Program-made: the position numbers and the translations under genes
Notes under the pieces: model-generated
The model's database searches: none
What the model was told of the DNA's origin: nothing
What the model saw: the letters and a program-made list of their open reading frames with translations, nothing else
Source of the DNA: Podarcis tiliguerta
Lineage: Eukaryota
DNA: 64,000 bases
Assembly: GCA_965153285.1 (NCBI GenBank)
Contig: OZ229116.1
Reading direction: 5' to 3' (one strand)
Shown here: positions 13,052-25,969 of the stretch, piece by piece
How positions within the stretch are numbered: position 1 is the first letter of the stretch
Layout of the letters: the number at the start of each line of letters is the position of its first letter

Positions 13052-13618
13052 TGTCAGGTACTGGCTGGATGATAAAGAGTGGTGGGAGACACCAGCCCAA
13101 GAACCCAGGGATAGCACAGAGGGAGAAGACTTAGACCCAGGACAGCGGTAGTGGGACACTGAGGACCGGCCTGTGGAAGGGACAAGCTGGGAGGTGATAG
13201 AGGCAGGAGATTTGAGTGAACATGGAGAGGGGGGTTTCAAAAGAAGAAAGCTGTGCAAAGACAGGGCACAGTGCCGAGGGTCTTAGTGTGAGCTCAGACT
13301 CTGACAGAGAAGAGCCAGATGGACAGTCCCACTTTAGCTAGCTGTCCTCCTCCACTGACACCTGGATCACGAAGAGCCTTGTGACTTGCTGAGCAATAAG
13401 CCAGAAAGGCCCAGAGCTTGCCGCTGCTTGGGAGGAGTCCAGAGGGAGAGAGCTAGAGAGGGAAGCAGGAGCCAGACACCAGTCCCAGCAACGTCTTCAA
13501 CTAGGGAAGATAAGCCTAGATGAATTCTGTTGTGTTTTTATTTGTGTGAATAAAAGCTGGTTGTACTTCGCATCTCGAGTCCTCTTCCTGACCTGTGGAT
13601 GAACCTGCATTCCTGACA
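13052..13618 (+). mobile_element. Putative solo LTR (Gypsy-like)
   Basis: TGTCAGG...CCTGACA inverted termini; AATAAA about 65 nt before the 3' end; purine-rich body; no matching TSD seen. Confidence 0.6.
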
Positions 13619-13624
13619 GCCCCT

Positions 13625-13750
13625 TGACACTCTTCAGGATCTGGACTTCAGACTGGGTTTTCTCTAAGATCCACCTAAAGATGTGAAGGATTGAACCTGG
13701 GGCCTTCTGCATGTGACGCTGATACTCTACCACTGAGCTACGGCCCTCCC
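13625..13750 (-). mobile_element. Old tRNA-derived SINE head
   Basis: Minus strand reads GGGCCGTAGCTCAGTGGTAGAG (A box)...GGTTCAATCC (B box); same family as 26708-26830. Confidence 0.7.
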
Positions 13751-13869
13751 TCTTGCATAAAATATTTCAAAACAACTCCATATGTGAAAAAGTAAAAAAT
13801 AATTCTCATACAAATGCAGACTTGGATAAAGATCTCCACTTCACAGCTCGCTGGAAGAGGATGGTCTTC

Positions 13870-14358
13870 TTTTTTAAAAAAAATAATAATAATTTTTATT
13901 AATTTTAACATATAAATTATAAAGTGTACCACAAAACTTATCACTTATACAATCTTTTTAGACTTCCATCAGCACCTCTGATGATCCACCGTTTTAACCA
14001 CTTCTTATGCATTTCTAACTTTATATTGCCTTTACATCTCTTGACAAATCATCCTTCCCCTTCCCCTTTTTGCAATAATTCCATTAATACTCCTCACAAA
14101 ACTTCTTGCAAACCTACAAATGTCATCTGCTCTTCACAAATACTTTTCAAATAGTCCATAAATTTACTCCAGTCTTCCATGAATTTCTGGTCCCGCCTGT
14201 TTCGAATCCTTCCTGTTAGCTTATCTAGTTCTGCATAGTCCATTAGCTTCATCCTCCATTCCTCAATCGTCAGTAATTCTTCTTGCTTCCATTTTGGGGC
14301 CAATAATATTCTTGCTGCTGTTATTGCATATAAAAACAGCTTACATTCCTTTCTATTT
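13870..14358 (-). mobile_element. L1 LINE 3' fragment (ORF2 C-terminus plus 3'UTR)
   Basis: Peptide LFLYAITAARILLAPKWKQEELLTIEEWRMKLMDYAELDKLT..WSKFMDYL is typical of squamate/fish L1 ORF2 ends; 14-bp TSD AGAGGATGGTCTTC at 13856-69 and 14371-84. Confidence 0.85.
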
Positions 14359-14454
14359 ATGGTCTTCAGTAGAGGATGGTCTTCAATAGAGGCCAAAAAA
14401 AACCAAAACAGAGATGGAGCCTGAGATGTACCCAGAAGAATTTCCATAGGGTAG

Positions 14455-14633
14455 AATACCCTCCAACATGTCAATACAAAAAACTGGGACATGTGTCTTC
14501 TGGGGCTGCATTCCCGTGTGAGCTACATGACCCATGTGAGATTGTGGTCTCCAAAGATGCATGGTTTTTGGTACTATGCTCTCACATGAAAAAACAGGGT
14601 GCCCCAATTTTATCGGGACAGTTGAAGGGTATG
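14455..14633. mobile_element. MITE with (C)ATACCCTCCAAC / GTTGAAGGGTATG ends
   Basis: About 25-bp imperfect TIRs; related ends at 50974-51759. Confidence 0.65.
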
Positions 14634-16339
14634 GGGTTCGTGCCACCACACTAAAGGCAAGACTCCTATATTGTATGGCATGGACTTACAGTAGGCCCTC
14701 ACCTGCACAGAACAGTGATTGTCTGGGCATATAAGGGAGTAGAATGATCTTTTAGACATTTTCCTCCACCGCCTTTTGGAGCCAGCATTCTGCTATACTA
14801 ATGTAGCTACAATCGTCTTTAGAAAGTAGGTAGGTCCCAAAAGGCAGTACAGGAGAACTGCTGCTAAGCCCTTTAGACTTTGGCTTATGAACCTGCACTG
14901 AATTCAATGCAACGTATTTAATAACAAAAGTAACAAAAATAAGCTTAAAAAATCCATTCCTTCCTTGGCTTTTAACTTCACATTTCTGCCGCCATCCACA
15001 AACATTTTAATCTCCTCCGAAGAACAAAATATTAATAACAGCAGAAGAATAAAATAATAATGGCCTATACAGAGGGTGAAAAGAGAGACATTGTTTGCTT
15101 GCTTTTTTTAAAAAAAATGAAACAACATCCTCTGCATGTATATGTCTGAAATATTGCCGAGCCTGCGATAACCCAGATGCTGCAGATGTATGCGTATTTT
15201 TCCCTGCAAGAAAAATTGGATTAGTCACAATCTTGTCAACTAATGAACACACTCTGTGATCTTTAGAGCTTCATTTACTGGGTTAATAGTGCTTTGCCTG
15301 AGTTCCTTTGCGATAGTCGGGGGGGGTGGAGGGAGGAGGAGGGACCTGTAGGAAGAAATATTCTGGGTGCAGTCCACAGCCACTGACACGAGTAATATCG
15401 TATTCATCACAGACAGACCTCGTATCTCATTACTGTTGAAGAGTTTGCCCCCAAGGCAACTGAGCGCAGTCAGGCCAGCCCCATCATGTGGAACCGTTCA
15501 GGTATATTGTGAAATGATTTAATGTGATAATAATGTCCACTTTGTGAGACAGATTATGTTTTTTATAGTGGCTGATGGTTAATGAATGATACATTAGCAA
15601 ACATCACTAAAACATTATTGGGAAAATGCAGATGAAGAGATAGCCGTAACTCTCTGATTCCTCTCCCCACCCCCAAGTCCAGCCTACCAATTCCTTCCTC
15701 ATCATATAAAGATGAAAAGGAACGAAGGGCAGAAAAACTTTCTCTCTCTCTCTCTCCAGTTCATGTCGCCAGTTCACGCAGCTTCTCCCTCCCTCCTTCC
15801 ACCTCTCTCCAAGACGATACTAAAAATGTTGCAGACATAAACTGAAATATCTCTTCTTAAATCAAATGAGAATCAATGAATGTGTAAACTTGAACAAATA
15901 CATTATATGTTGACCCAGTTTATTAGATGAAGCCATTTACCCTGATTTGATTTATCTTGCCGTACGCTGCTCAGCTGTGAAATGAGATAAGAAGAACCCA
16001 TTCACCTTATTTACTACATCACAGGGGTGGCTGTTAACCCAGCTGTGGTTAAGGGTCTCCCAAACAAGTTCTTCTAAACATCACTTCAGCTGTGTGGTGG
16101 GATCTGCTTTTCCTCGAGCAACTGCTGCAGCAATGTTTAAATTGCTTAGCAGTGCAAGTAGCGAACTGGTCATATGGGTCCTTCCCCACAGAAATGGAAC
16201 CCTAGTTCTGTGGCTAGGACCTGGCATGTCCATCTAACTACCTTTACATACCAAGGCTGAGAGATTGCCCATTTTCCGCCACCATAAACAAAACCTCCAG
16301 TGTGAACCTACTCAAAGTGCTGCTTTTAACCTTTGAAGC

Positions 16340-16720
16340 CCCAAACAGTTTGGAGCTGGGTTGCCACACTAAGATCTGCTTCAGAGACCCTTCTCAAGGT
16401 CCCCCACCAAATGAGGTACAGTGGTACCTCAGGTTAAGTACGTAATTCGTTCCGGAGGTCCGTTCTTAACCTGAAACTGTTCTTAACCTGAAGCACCACT
16501 TTAGCTAATGGGGCCTCCTGCTGCTGCCGTGCCGCCGGATCACGATTTATGTTCTCATCCTGAAGCAAAGTTCTTATTAACCTATTTCTGGGTTAGCGGA
16601 GTGTGTAACCTGAAGCGTATGTAACCTGAAGTGTATGTAACCCGAGGTACCACTGTATATTGGGTAGCCACCAGAGAAAGGGGCTTTTCAGCAGTGGCAC
16701 CTCTACAGAGAGGCTCCCCT
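16340..16720 (+). mobile_element. Old L2 LINE 3' fragment interrupted by a MITE
   Basis: CTAAGATCTGCTTCAGAGACCCTTCTC...ACCAGAGAAAGGGGCTTTTCAGCAGTGGCACC, matching the L2 motif LRS..LL.VP..TRERAFSVVAP. Confidence 0.6.
16419..16655. mobile_element. Tigger-like MITE, AACCTGAAGC family, copy 2
   Basis: CAGTGGTACCTC TIRs; TA TSD on both sides. Confidence 0.93.
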
Positions 16721-16726
16721 TGTACT

Positions 16727-16770
16727 GATGTTATCGTCTTTTCATCGCCATGATGTTATCGTCTTTTCAT
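16727..16770. repeat. Local direct duplication TGATGTTATCGTCTTTTCAT x2
   Basis: Directly visible, with a short spacer. Confidence 0.85.
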
Positions 16771-16992
16771 TTCCGTAGGTGTTTCAAGATCAATTTAAGT
16801 TCTTCATGTTTTTTCTTCTACTGTTTTAAGTTCTTTTTGTTTAGTTCTTGCTGCTGTTTGTTTTATTTAGCTATCTTGAAACTAAACTGTAGCTTTATTC
16901 TGTTTGATTTTTAGTTCGGCTTTTTCATGGCTATGTTTTATTGTTGTCTGCCCAGAAGATATTGTTAATTGGTGGTATACAAATGATGTTAG

Positions 16993-17947
16993 AACTGGAT
17001 ATGGAACAACTGATTGGTTCAAAATTGAGAAAGGAGTACGGCAAGGCTGTATATTGTCTCCCTGCTTATTTAACTTATATGCAGAATTCATCATGCGAAA
17101 GGCTGGGCTGGATGAATCCCAAGCCGGAATTAAGATCGACGGAAGAAATATCAACAACCTCAGATATGCAGATGATACAACCTTGATGGCAGAAAGTGAA
17201 GAGGAATTAAAGAACCTTTTAATGAGGGTGAAAGAGGAGAGCACAAAATATGATCTGAAGCTCAACATCAAAAAAACGAAGATCGTGGCCACTGGGCCCA
17301 TCACCTCCTGGCAAATAGAAGGGGAAGAAATGGAGGCAGCGAGAGATTTTACTTTCTTGGGCTCCATGATCACTGCAGATGGTGACAGCAGTCACGAAAT
17401 TAAAAGACGCCTGCTCCTTGGGAGAAAGGCGATGGCAAACCTAGACAGCATTTTAAAAAGCAGAGACATCACCTTGCCAACAAAGGTCCATATAGTTAAA
17501 GCCATGGTTTTCCCAGTAGTGATGTATGGAAGTGAGAGCTGGACCATAAAGAAGGCTGATCGCTGAAGAATTGATGCTTTTGAATTATGGTGCTGGAGGA
17601 GACTCTTGAGAGTCCCATGGACTGCAAGAAGATCAAGCCTATCCATTCTTAAGGAAATCAGCCCTGAGTGCTCACTGGAAGGACAGATCGTGAAGCTGAG
17701 GCTCCAATACTTTGGCCACCTCATGAGAAGAGAAGGCTCCCTGGAAAAGACCCTGATGTTAGGAAAGATGGAGGGCACAAGGAGAAGGGGACGACAGAGG
17801 ACGAGATGGTTAGACAGTGTTCTCGAAGCCACAAACATGAGTCTGACCAAACTGTGGGAGGCAGTGGAAGACAGGAGTGCCTGGCGTGCTCTGGTCCATG
17901 GGGTCACGAAGAGTCGGACACGACTAAATGACTAAACAACAACAACA
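16993..17947 (+). mobile_element. RTE Bov-B LINE, 5'-truncated (C-terminal half of RT, one premature stop)
   Basis: RT motifs GVRQGCILSPCLF and LRYADD; TGA at 17564-66 where the 57.27-kb copy has CGA; (CAA)n tail; 14-bp TSD ACAAATGATGTTAG at 16979-92 and 17948-61. Confidence 0.97.
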
Positions 17948-18274
17948 ACAAATGATGTTAGTGAATAAATAATAGCCAGGGCCAACACTCAGAAATGTCA
18001 TGGTCCAGCTTCCCCATTTTTGCATGGAGCAATGTGAACAAGGACCTTTCTCATAATCATTTACACACAAACGCCTCATTCTAAAGTAATATTCTTTGAC
18101 CTTAGATAATGGCCACAGACACTAAGAGCTGTAACCCAGTAGCATGTGGGGACTTCAAGGCTGAGGAACATTGTCCTTGAGGTTCTACAGTGAATCTATA
18201 CATAAGCATAGAAAAGCCACTCACATACATGGACAAATAACACACAGGGGCACAATATGAGAAGCGGGGGGGGG

Positions 18275-18365
18275 GGGGAGCCTGTAGCCCTCCAGATGTT
18301 GCCAGACTCCAACTCTCATCAATTCTCATCCAAAGGTGAAGGATGATAGGAGCTGTAGTCCACAC
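18275..18365. mobile_element. Degenerate URR1-like hAT MITE
   Basis: CCCTCCAGATGTTGCCAGACTCCAACTCTCATC...GGATGATAGGAGCTGTAGTCC. Confidence 0.55.
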
Positions 18366-19996
18366 ACATAAAAAATGGGTAGCATCCAATGTAAAAGACA
18401 ATAAAAAGAACTGATTTCAAGCTCTCCGTTTCTGGATCTGAGACGTCATACACGCAGAGAATTTGCCCTTGTGAGAAAAAGTGAGAATTTACATCTACTG
18501 AGAAACCATTACAGATTATATTCCACAGACAGAACTTTCACATTACTTCACCTTAAATAATTTTGAAACTACTGCACTGTGGTTGGTATTTAATGTTAGT
18601 CCTACTCAGAGTAGACCCATTGAAGATAATAAACATGACTCACTTAGGTTTATTGATTTCAATGCGTTTACCATGAGTAGGACGTCGTTGAATGTCCTAC
18701 TCATTTCCCAGTATTTCTGTTTCGCTGACCATTAAACCAAGTTTGATGTCCCTGGTTTTAGACACTGGTCACAATCCAACGCTGAATCAGGCGTGATTGA
18801 CTGTACTGAAATCAACAGGTTTAAGCATGCTTGAAGTCTTTGCTCTTGTGACTAATGGGTATAATGGCTATTGACCCAAGTCATGTGGAAATATTATTGT
18901 TCGACAAAGACAATGTACACGTTATACACACCATCAACTGATGAAACATTGCATTATGTTTTTGAATGATACACTTTCACATGGGAAACACCTGAAGCAA
19001 TGACATGTTTGGTTATAGCTTTGAATAAAGTGTTTGAGGCTGTAGTCTTAAGCCCACTTACCCCATTGAACTCAGTGGGACTGACTTCTGAACAGAAAGG
19101 CATAAGACTACACAGTAGTGTTTTTTATAACAATTAAAACAGGGATTTTCTAGCATAATTTTTGCTGTGATCACAGTACAGTGAAAGCTATTTCCAGTCC
19201 TACCTACTTGAATGTAATTATTGCAAATCCACTACCAAGATTATGGTTGGGATGGTTTACTGTAATGCTCTAAGTAACATGCTTTTCTGACTTCATCAGG
19301 CTTGTTTTGTCTGGAAAATGAATTATGTAAACCTTCACCATCTGAAACTGTTTCAAGTCAATTAATTGTTGTAATTACTTAAGATTTCTTTTTAATGAAT
19401 ACGACTCTCTGGAGATTAGATGATATCCTGTCATCCGTAGGCCTGATAAATGAAATGTGATTTGTGACTCTCTGTGAACACTGAGCAACCTTGTACGTGT
19501 TCCTCCGTGTTCATGAAACTCTGCGAACACCGAGCAACTTTGTATTTGTCCCTTCATGTTCATGAAATGGAAGAAATGTCCTTGACAGAGTAAGAAACAT
19601 TCGTTACATGGTTATTCCCAGCAATGCTTGATGCTGAAGTCCAATTCATACCGCTCTAGGTAAGGGTTAGTTGCAGGAAAGCTGTTTGAAAATTTTGCAT
19701 GTGCTGCCTTTTCACATGTTACTAAGTGGTTGTATCATTTGCTAATCAGGATTCCGCTTTGAGCACGTCAGCAAATGTGTCCTTTGTTGTGGCTTGCCAG
19801 GAACTGTATCATATGCATTGCACACAACTGGCTGCCATTAGGGTTTCATGACTCCCCAGTTTCAAGCTCAGATGAGGAGCAGAAGTCAGCCGGGCACATG
19901 GCTGGTGGGCAAGGGGCTGGTGAACTGGACTGGGCTCCTAGGCGGAGGCCTGAAGCTGGAGGTCAGGAACTGGCTGAGCTTGGAATTGGTAGACAG

Positions 19997-20256
19997 GAAG
20001 AAGAGGAGGAGGAGGAGGAGGAGTTTGGATTTGATGTCCCGCTTCATCACTACCCTAAGGAGTCTCAAAGCGGCTAACATTCTCCTTTCCCTCCCTCCCC
20101 CACAACAAACACTCTGTGAGTTGAGTGGGGCTGAGAGACTTCAGAGAAGTGTGACTAGCCCAAGGTCACCCAGCAGCTGCATGTGGAGGAGCGGAGACGC
20201 AAACCCGGTTCATCAGATTACGAGTTTACCGCTCTTAACCACTACACCACACTGGC
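19997..20256 (-). mobile_element. Full-length young Squam3-type SINE
   Basis: Minus-strand 5' end GCCAGTGTGGTGTAGTGGTTAAGAG (A box), B-box-like GGTTTGCGTCTCC, CORE and a (CTC/CTT)n tail. Confidence 0.85.
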
Positions 20257-20721
20257 CCAGCAAACCACAGCCATGACCCTCACGAGCACTTTCTCCTGAG
20301 CTCAAAGAAGCTCAAAGAAGCAAGTGCCTCCTCCACTTCTGTTCCTGTTCAACTTTGCAGGGAGCAGGCCACATGAGAGGCCACAGAGAGGAGAATACCT
20401 TGTCTTTAGGCCTGGGAGTTGGCCCTTTAAGAAACTATATTCTCCAAGCAAAGGAGTGGAACTTATGAGGGATGGACTGAAGACAGGGGCCTCCACCTCC
20501 AGCCTCTATTGGAGCAAGCTGTTTATTGTGCTGTAGCTACCAACCAGCCGTGCTTACCATGCCTCATAGATAGATTAGCAATGCTACTATGCACATTGAG
20601 ACTGCCCAGCTATGCTATGGTGAGGTGTCTCTGTCTTAGCCAGTCTCCACCCCCATATGGCAGAGAAACTCTAAGGTGCTACTCTAAAATACTCTCGTCA
20701 TTTGGAACATTTGTCCGTAAC

Positions 20722-20869
20722 CAGTCCTTTTTTCTGGGGAGATGCAGGGGTCTGCATACCCCTAAACATTTTGTGAATCTTAGTTTGGCCTCGTTGAGGG
20801 ACAGTATTTCAATATGAGTAGGAAAATGAGAGTACCCCTAATCATTTTTTTTTTTAGAAAAATGCACTG
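20722..20869. mobile_element. hAT-type MITE
   Basis: TIRs CAGTCCTTTTTTCT / AGAAAAATGCACTG; 8-bp TSD TCCGTAAC/TCCGTAGC. Confidence 0.85.
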
Positions 20870-21478
20870 TCCGTAGCTACAAGTATGATGTTGCGCAGGC
20901 TGACGCTGCATGTATGGTGGTGACATTCTAGAGAGTCTACTACAGCTAGCAGAAGATTAAGGAGAAGAATTGCAGACTGAAGGTACCAAGAGTAGGTTAT
21001 GTGGAGACGGGTGAAATGGAAGAGTAAGGAGGCAGCACTTATGGTCTATAGTAATTAATGTAATCATGAGGAAGTGGACTCTTTTTCTTTAGCTCAGTTG
21101 CCAATGGCCACTGGTCATGTTGCTGAATCACACACAGAACAAGATCTTCTTGTTCCTTTCCTCTCCTTTGCAGCATAAAATTAAAAACTACTCCAGCTAA
21201 ATGTGTTGCCTACTCTTTGCCATTGCTATTAACTTAGCAGTTGCCTCTTTCATCTTCTGTTGCATTCGCTGAAATGTGAAATATTAGCAGTCCATCATCA
21301 GTGCAGAGGAAAAGCCTGTGCTGTAATGATGAGTTAGTTGTTTTTCTTCTCCCTCTGTCGCTTTCCAGATGGCACTGTCATGTTTCACAAGTGTGACATT
21401 GTCCTTTCCTATTTTGTCCACCTTGCCTTACAAGACTCCTTGAGAAAAAGGAGCTTTCTGTTAGTGAAGATGGAGAGA

Positions 21479-21481
<3 letters not shown>

Positions 21482-21514
<33 letters not shown>
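21482..21514. repeat. (CA)n microsatellite
   Basis: Directly visible. Confidence 0.95.
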
Positions 21515-21515
<1 letters not shown>

Positions 21516-21909
21516 AGCCATGGAGCCTGCATTGAATTATTATAAAGCAGTACCACCTTCAGGTAACATCCTATTACCAGCTCATGACAATATAATCACC
21601 AAGACCAAGTTAGAGGGAAACAAATGGGGAAGTTCTTTATTTAAATGATAACCATCTTTAACTGGAGATTGATCAGATACCCTCTGAATGTAGTAAACCC
21701 CATTAAGGTGAGTGCGCTAAGCTCAAAAACCAAAACATAACAAGTTTTCTTCTACTACAGGAATATCTCTCAATATATTTATAGACATGTGTCTTAAGGA
21801 CTGCACTACACTTGACATTAAACACACCTTTGCATCTATCACACAGAGTTCTTAAAAATGCAGAATACAACAGACAGGGAGAGGAGGGGGTAGCTGAAAA
21901 AGGACCACT

Positions 21910-22230
21910 TGACTTATATCCTTACCCGACCACCGAGGTCTTGGGGGAAGTCACTGTTAATGGGACTACATAGATCAGATAAACTGCTCGTGTCCACCAG
22001 GTTCAGTATTGTGGGCCCAATTTTATGGCATTCCCTTCCCTTTGAGGTCAGACCCTTCCCTACTGAACTTCCAGCCCCTACTGAAGACTTCTTTAAAAAG
22101 TTCAGTAGGCATTTTAGCTAAATTTTGATTTTATATTTTTAACTTACTTTTATCATTATTTTATTGAGTCACTTGCTTAGAAACGATTGTAATGAAGTGA
22201 TATATACATTGCTGAAATAAAATAAGCAAA
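21910..22230 (+). mobile_element. Old L2 LINE 3' end
   Basis: Peptide RFSIVGPILWHSLPFEVR (L2 motif AFSVAGPxLWNSLP), followed by a T-rich 3'UTR and AATAAAATAA tail. Confidence 0.65.
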
Positions 22231-23785
22231 ATAAAAATAATTAATGGGATTAGAACATTTTGGGATTAGAACATTTCCTACAATGCTGCGGTCCAGAGCG
22301 GGGGGGGGGGGTGATCTCTGTTCTGCAGCTATTTTTTGCACTGGGATGAAAATCGCCCATTGGCTCCCAAGAGGCACATTTATGGGATAAAAATGAAATT
22401 TTAGGAAACCAATTTTGTTCTGATTACGCCCCCCAGAATTTATTAGAATGGTTGTGTTTGGACTGGAGTGTAGGCGTGTCGCGAGAATGAGATTATTAAG
22501 CAAGAAAAGCTGCTAAAACACTAGAAAATATAAATTATGTACCATGCAAGCTGCTATAATATTCCACCTATAACAGGGCGGACAAAGGGAGGCCTGAAAA
22601 GAATGTGAGCTGACAAATGTGTCATATGTCAAGAAGATGAAGTAGATAACAAGAACTGACACGTCGAGAAAGAGCCTTTGTCAGAATGCAAAAAAAAAAA
22701 AAAAAAGTTTCAAAGCTGAGGGACACCTTGCTGACGGCAGTTGAGGTTAGGGAAGATAAATATCTCATCCCCACTTGAAAAGGTCAAAGCTATGAAAATA
22801 CCACCACAGCTTCCATGAAAACTACACTGAAATAATTGTATTGCTATCCCTTACTGCTGAAAAGAAGTGCTTAGAAAACACAGATTATTAAAGGTCTGTT
22901 CTACTGTATTTCACCATCTAGTTTAATGAAATCCAGGAGAGTCTCGTCCTCTTCATAGCTCACAGAAGCGGCCATGTTGCTGGCAAGAGTGTTAACTGAA
23001 TCGCTATTCTGTTTTCAAGAGCTGGTTAACTTCTGTGCAGCTACTATATACATCCTGATGGTCAGAGCATCATCTCATTGGGTTTGGACAACTTGACCCC
23101 ACCAAGGCAAGCACAACCCACCAGCGAAGGCTCAATTACCCTCCTCTGAATTTTGTGGTGGGGTGGTTTATGTTGGTATTTCTTGAAAGTTTTGTTCTCA
23201 GGCAATCCTTTTAAGAATAAAATCATGAGCGATTCCAAACTACCTCCAGCAGAATGCCCGAGGCCATATTTAAAACATAGTAGGCTCTAAAAGGCACGGT
23301 GTTTGGGGTTTTTTTGTTTTTTAAAAATTATTTTAGATGATGTCTCTTGAAGAAAGTCTTTAAAAGTGCAGTACCTATTTATATAAAGCTCTTTCCAGAC
23401 ATAAAATAAAAGGCAGTAACATTTATTATTATTATAACAATAAAGACAATGCGTGCTTTCCAGACAGTGCTTAAAGGCACACATTTTATAGTATACAGTA
23501 AGCATTTAAAATCATGTGTATCAATAATTAAGAACGGGGTGGTGCTTCTCTTTTATTTGCTGTTAGATTTTCTTTAATGCATTCTGGGTCCAACAACAAT
23601 GCTTATTTTACAACGCTATTCTATCATGTTTACATGGAAGTTCTATTGCTTTCAAGGGGCTTACTCCTGAGTATGTGGGTGAGGATTTTTACATGCTAAA
23701 CTGACACAGTGGCTGATATTAATAAAGCTTTAAAAGGCACAAATAACTCATTCCTATATATTTAATTGTGAGTACGATTCACCCT

Positions 23786-24134
23786 GGGTGGCGCTGTGGG
23801 TTAAACCACAGAGCCTAGGACTTGCCGATCAGAAGGTTGGCAGTTCGAATCCCTGCGACGGGGTGAGCTCCCGTTGCTTGGTCCCAGCTCCTGCCAACCT
23901 AGCAGTTTGAAAGCACGTCAAAGTACAAGTAGATAAATAGGTACCGCTCCGGCAGGAAGGTAAACAGCATTTCCGTGCGCTGCTCTGGTTCACCAGAAGC
24001 AGCTTAGTCATGCTGGCCACATGACCTGGAAGCTGTAAGCCGGCTCCCTCGGCCAATAAAGCGAGATGAGCGCCGCAACCCCAGAGTCGGCCACGACTGG
24101 ACCTAATGGTCAGGGGTCCTTTTACCTTTACCTT
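23786..24134 (+). mobile_element. Sauria (POM-type) SINE, near full length
   Basis: A box TGGCGCTGTGG; B box GTTCGAATCC; (ACCTTT)n tail; TSD TAC(G/A)ATTCACCCT at 23773-85 and 24135-47. Confidence 0.95.
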
Positions 24135-24597
24135 TACAATTCACCCTAGTGGAAGACAGTAGAAGGAAAAAAGCTGTTGATTTTTATGTGAAATATTTTG
24201 ATACCTGAAGTCAAAATCACTATCCTACCTTTCTTCACCATTTTCTCCTTTCAAAGAAAGTTCTCCCTTAGGACATCTATTTTGAAATAAGTCCCATTAA
24301 AGCTAATGAGATTTGCTTCTAAGAAACTGTGCATATAGGATCAGGCCACACAAATAATTTATATAGACACTCTGAAATAAAATCAATATGGCAGATGCAT
24401 GATGCATTGTCTATGCTGGTTGAGGCTGATGAGAAGTGGAGTCCAGTAACGTCTCAAGGGCACCATATTGGCTGCCCGTGGGGTATGCCATGAAACAGAG
24501 ATCCCCTTTACATTCCATCATATATGCAGACCTTGGTTCAGTACACTGTCACTCAGTCCATTTTCTGAATATTTGTGGTGGATTACTGAGTTGTGGA

Positions 24598-25078
24598 TTT
24601 TTAAAATGATTTTCAATTTTATACATTTCAATAATTTTACAATCATTTTAAACATTTCAAAACTTGACTTCCTTCCCCCTCTTTCTGTGGTTCCTTAAAT
24701 TTATTTTTAATATTTTCTGCATATCCAAATTAACTTAATTTGCTCACTTATTCCATCTACTTTAAATATATACTCTTGTAAAACTGCAGGTTATGACAAT
24801 AACCCTGCCAATGTTCTTATCTGTTTACAGTTTATTTGTGAATATTCAATAAACCATTTCCATTCTTTTATTAAAAATCTTCATTTCTTATTTTCCCGGT
24901 GAGTTTAGCCATTTCTGCATATTCCATAAGTTTTTGTATCCATTCTTCTTTTGCTAGGACTTCTTCTTCTTCCCATTTTTGGGCAACTAACATTCTTGCT
25001 GCTGTAGTCACACAGATGAATAAATTTCTATACAGTTTGAATAGTTCTGACCCTATAATTCCGAAAAGGAATACAAAA
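24598..25078 (-). mobile_element. L1 LINE 3' fragment
   Basis: Minus strand encodes ..NLFICVTTAARMLVAQKWEEEEVLAKEEWIQKLMEYAEMAKLT.., paralogous to the 14.1-14.35 kb L1. Confidence 0.8.
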
Positions 25079-25805
25079 GGTGTTGTGCGTTTTTTACCCC
25101 ACTGTGGGTTAGGAACATAACACTACAGTGGAACCCATGTGGGAGGGGAGCACTGGATTCAGTATCTAATGGTCTTTTACTTCGAAGAAGCTACAAAAAT
25201 GTTTGTTGAAAGTGTCAGAGCTCATCTGGCAGGGGAAATTCCCAAAGTCACTATGGAATGGGTTGGAGGAGGAGGAGTTCCTACAGTAGGTCTGTGCAAG
25301 TTGTGATGCGTTCAATGAAATGGCCTACCAGCCATATGTAAGTCCACAAGGAGCTCACAACTTCCCTTCCCACCTTTTTTTCATTTGCTTCAACCTTGGG
25401 GCTCCAAAATCAGAGGGGCTGTCCATCACAGAGCAGGTTACAATATAAAGGTGGTAGTCTGCATTCAGTTTGATGGATCACAAGCTGTTGCGGGCCTGAT
25501 CCAGAGATAAAACATTTTTATTTAGTCCAACTGATATATATATTTTCCTGCTAGAAAGCTAGGGAAAGCTATCTGCAGATGTCTGCCTGCCTGCCCCCTT
25601 TAGAATTTGCTTGTTCCACTGAGTTCCCTCTCATCACCATAACCTCTCTCAGCTAGGTGTGAAGCCATGAGCATATGGAACCCAGTCATGCAGGTGTCTT
25701 TCATAGCTATACCTGCCACACTGTGAACCCACCATGTCTCTGGCCCCGAGGAGAAGTTCTCTTTCCTTGCAGCAAGATTATGTTTTAAAAAAGCTGACTT
25801 TTAAA

Positions 25806-25969
25806 NNNNNNNNNNNNNNNNNNNNNNNNNNNNNNNNNNNNNNNNNNNNNNNNNNNNNNNNNNNNNNNNNNNNNNNNNNNNNNNNNNNNNNNNNNNNNNN
25901 NNNNNNNNNNNNNNNNNNNNNNNNNNNNNNNNNNNNNNNNNNNNNNNNNNNNNNNNNNNNNNNNNNNNN
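25806..25969. other. Assembly gap (164 N)
   Basis: Run of N. Confidence 1.

Noticed and set aside
15352-15501. Open 150-nt frame between CTGTAG and CAG|GTATAT (EEIFWVQSTATD...)
   Set aside because: The acceptor is preceded by purines rather than a pyrimidine tract, the donor is weak, and the peptide is unrecognised.
16882-17907. Long minus-strand ORFs (163 aa, 171 aa) and similar ORFs at 10650-10934 and 56880-57308
   Set aside because: Antisense shadow frames of Bov-B, not host genes.
19845-20560. Possible second decayed LTR around the Squam3 SINE
   Set aside because: Composition resembles 13052-13618, but no TG..CA termini or TSD could be fixed.
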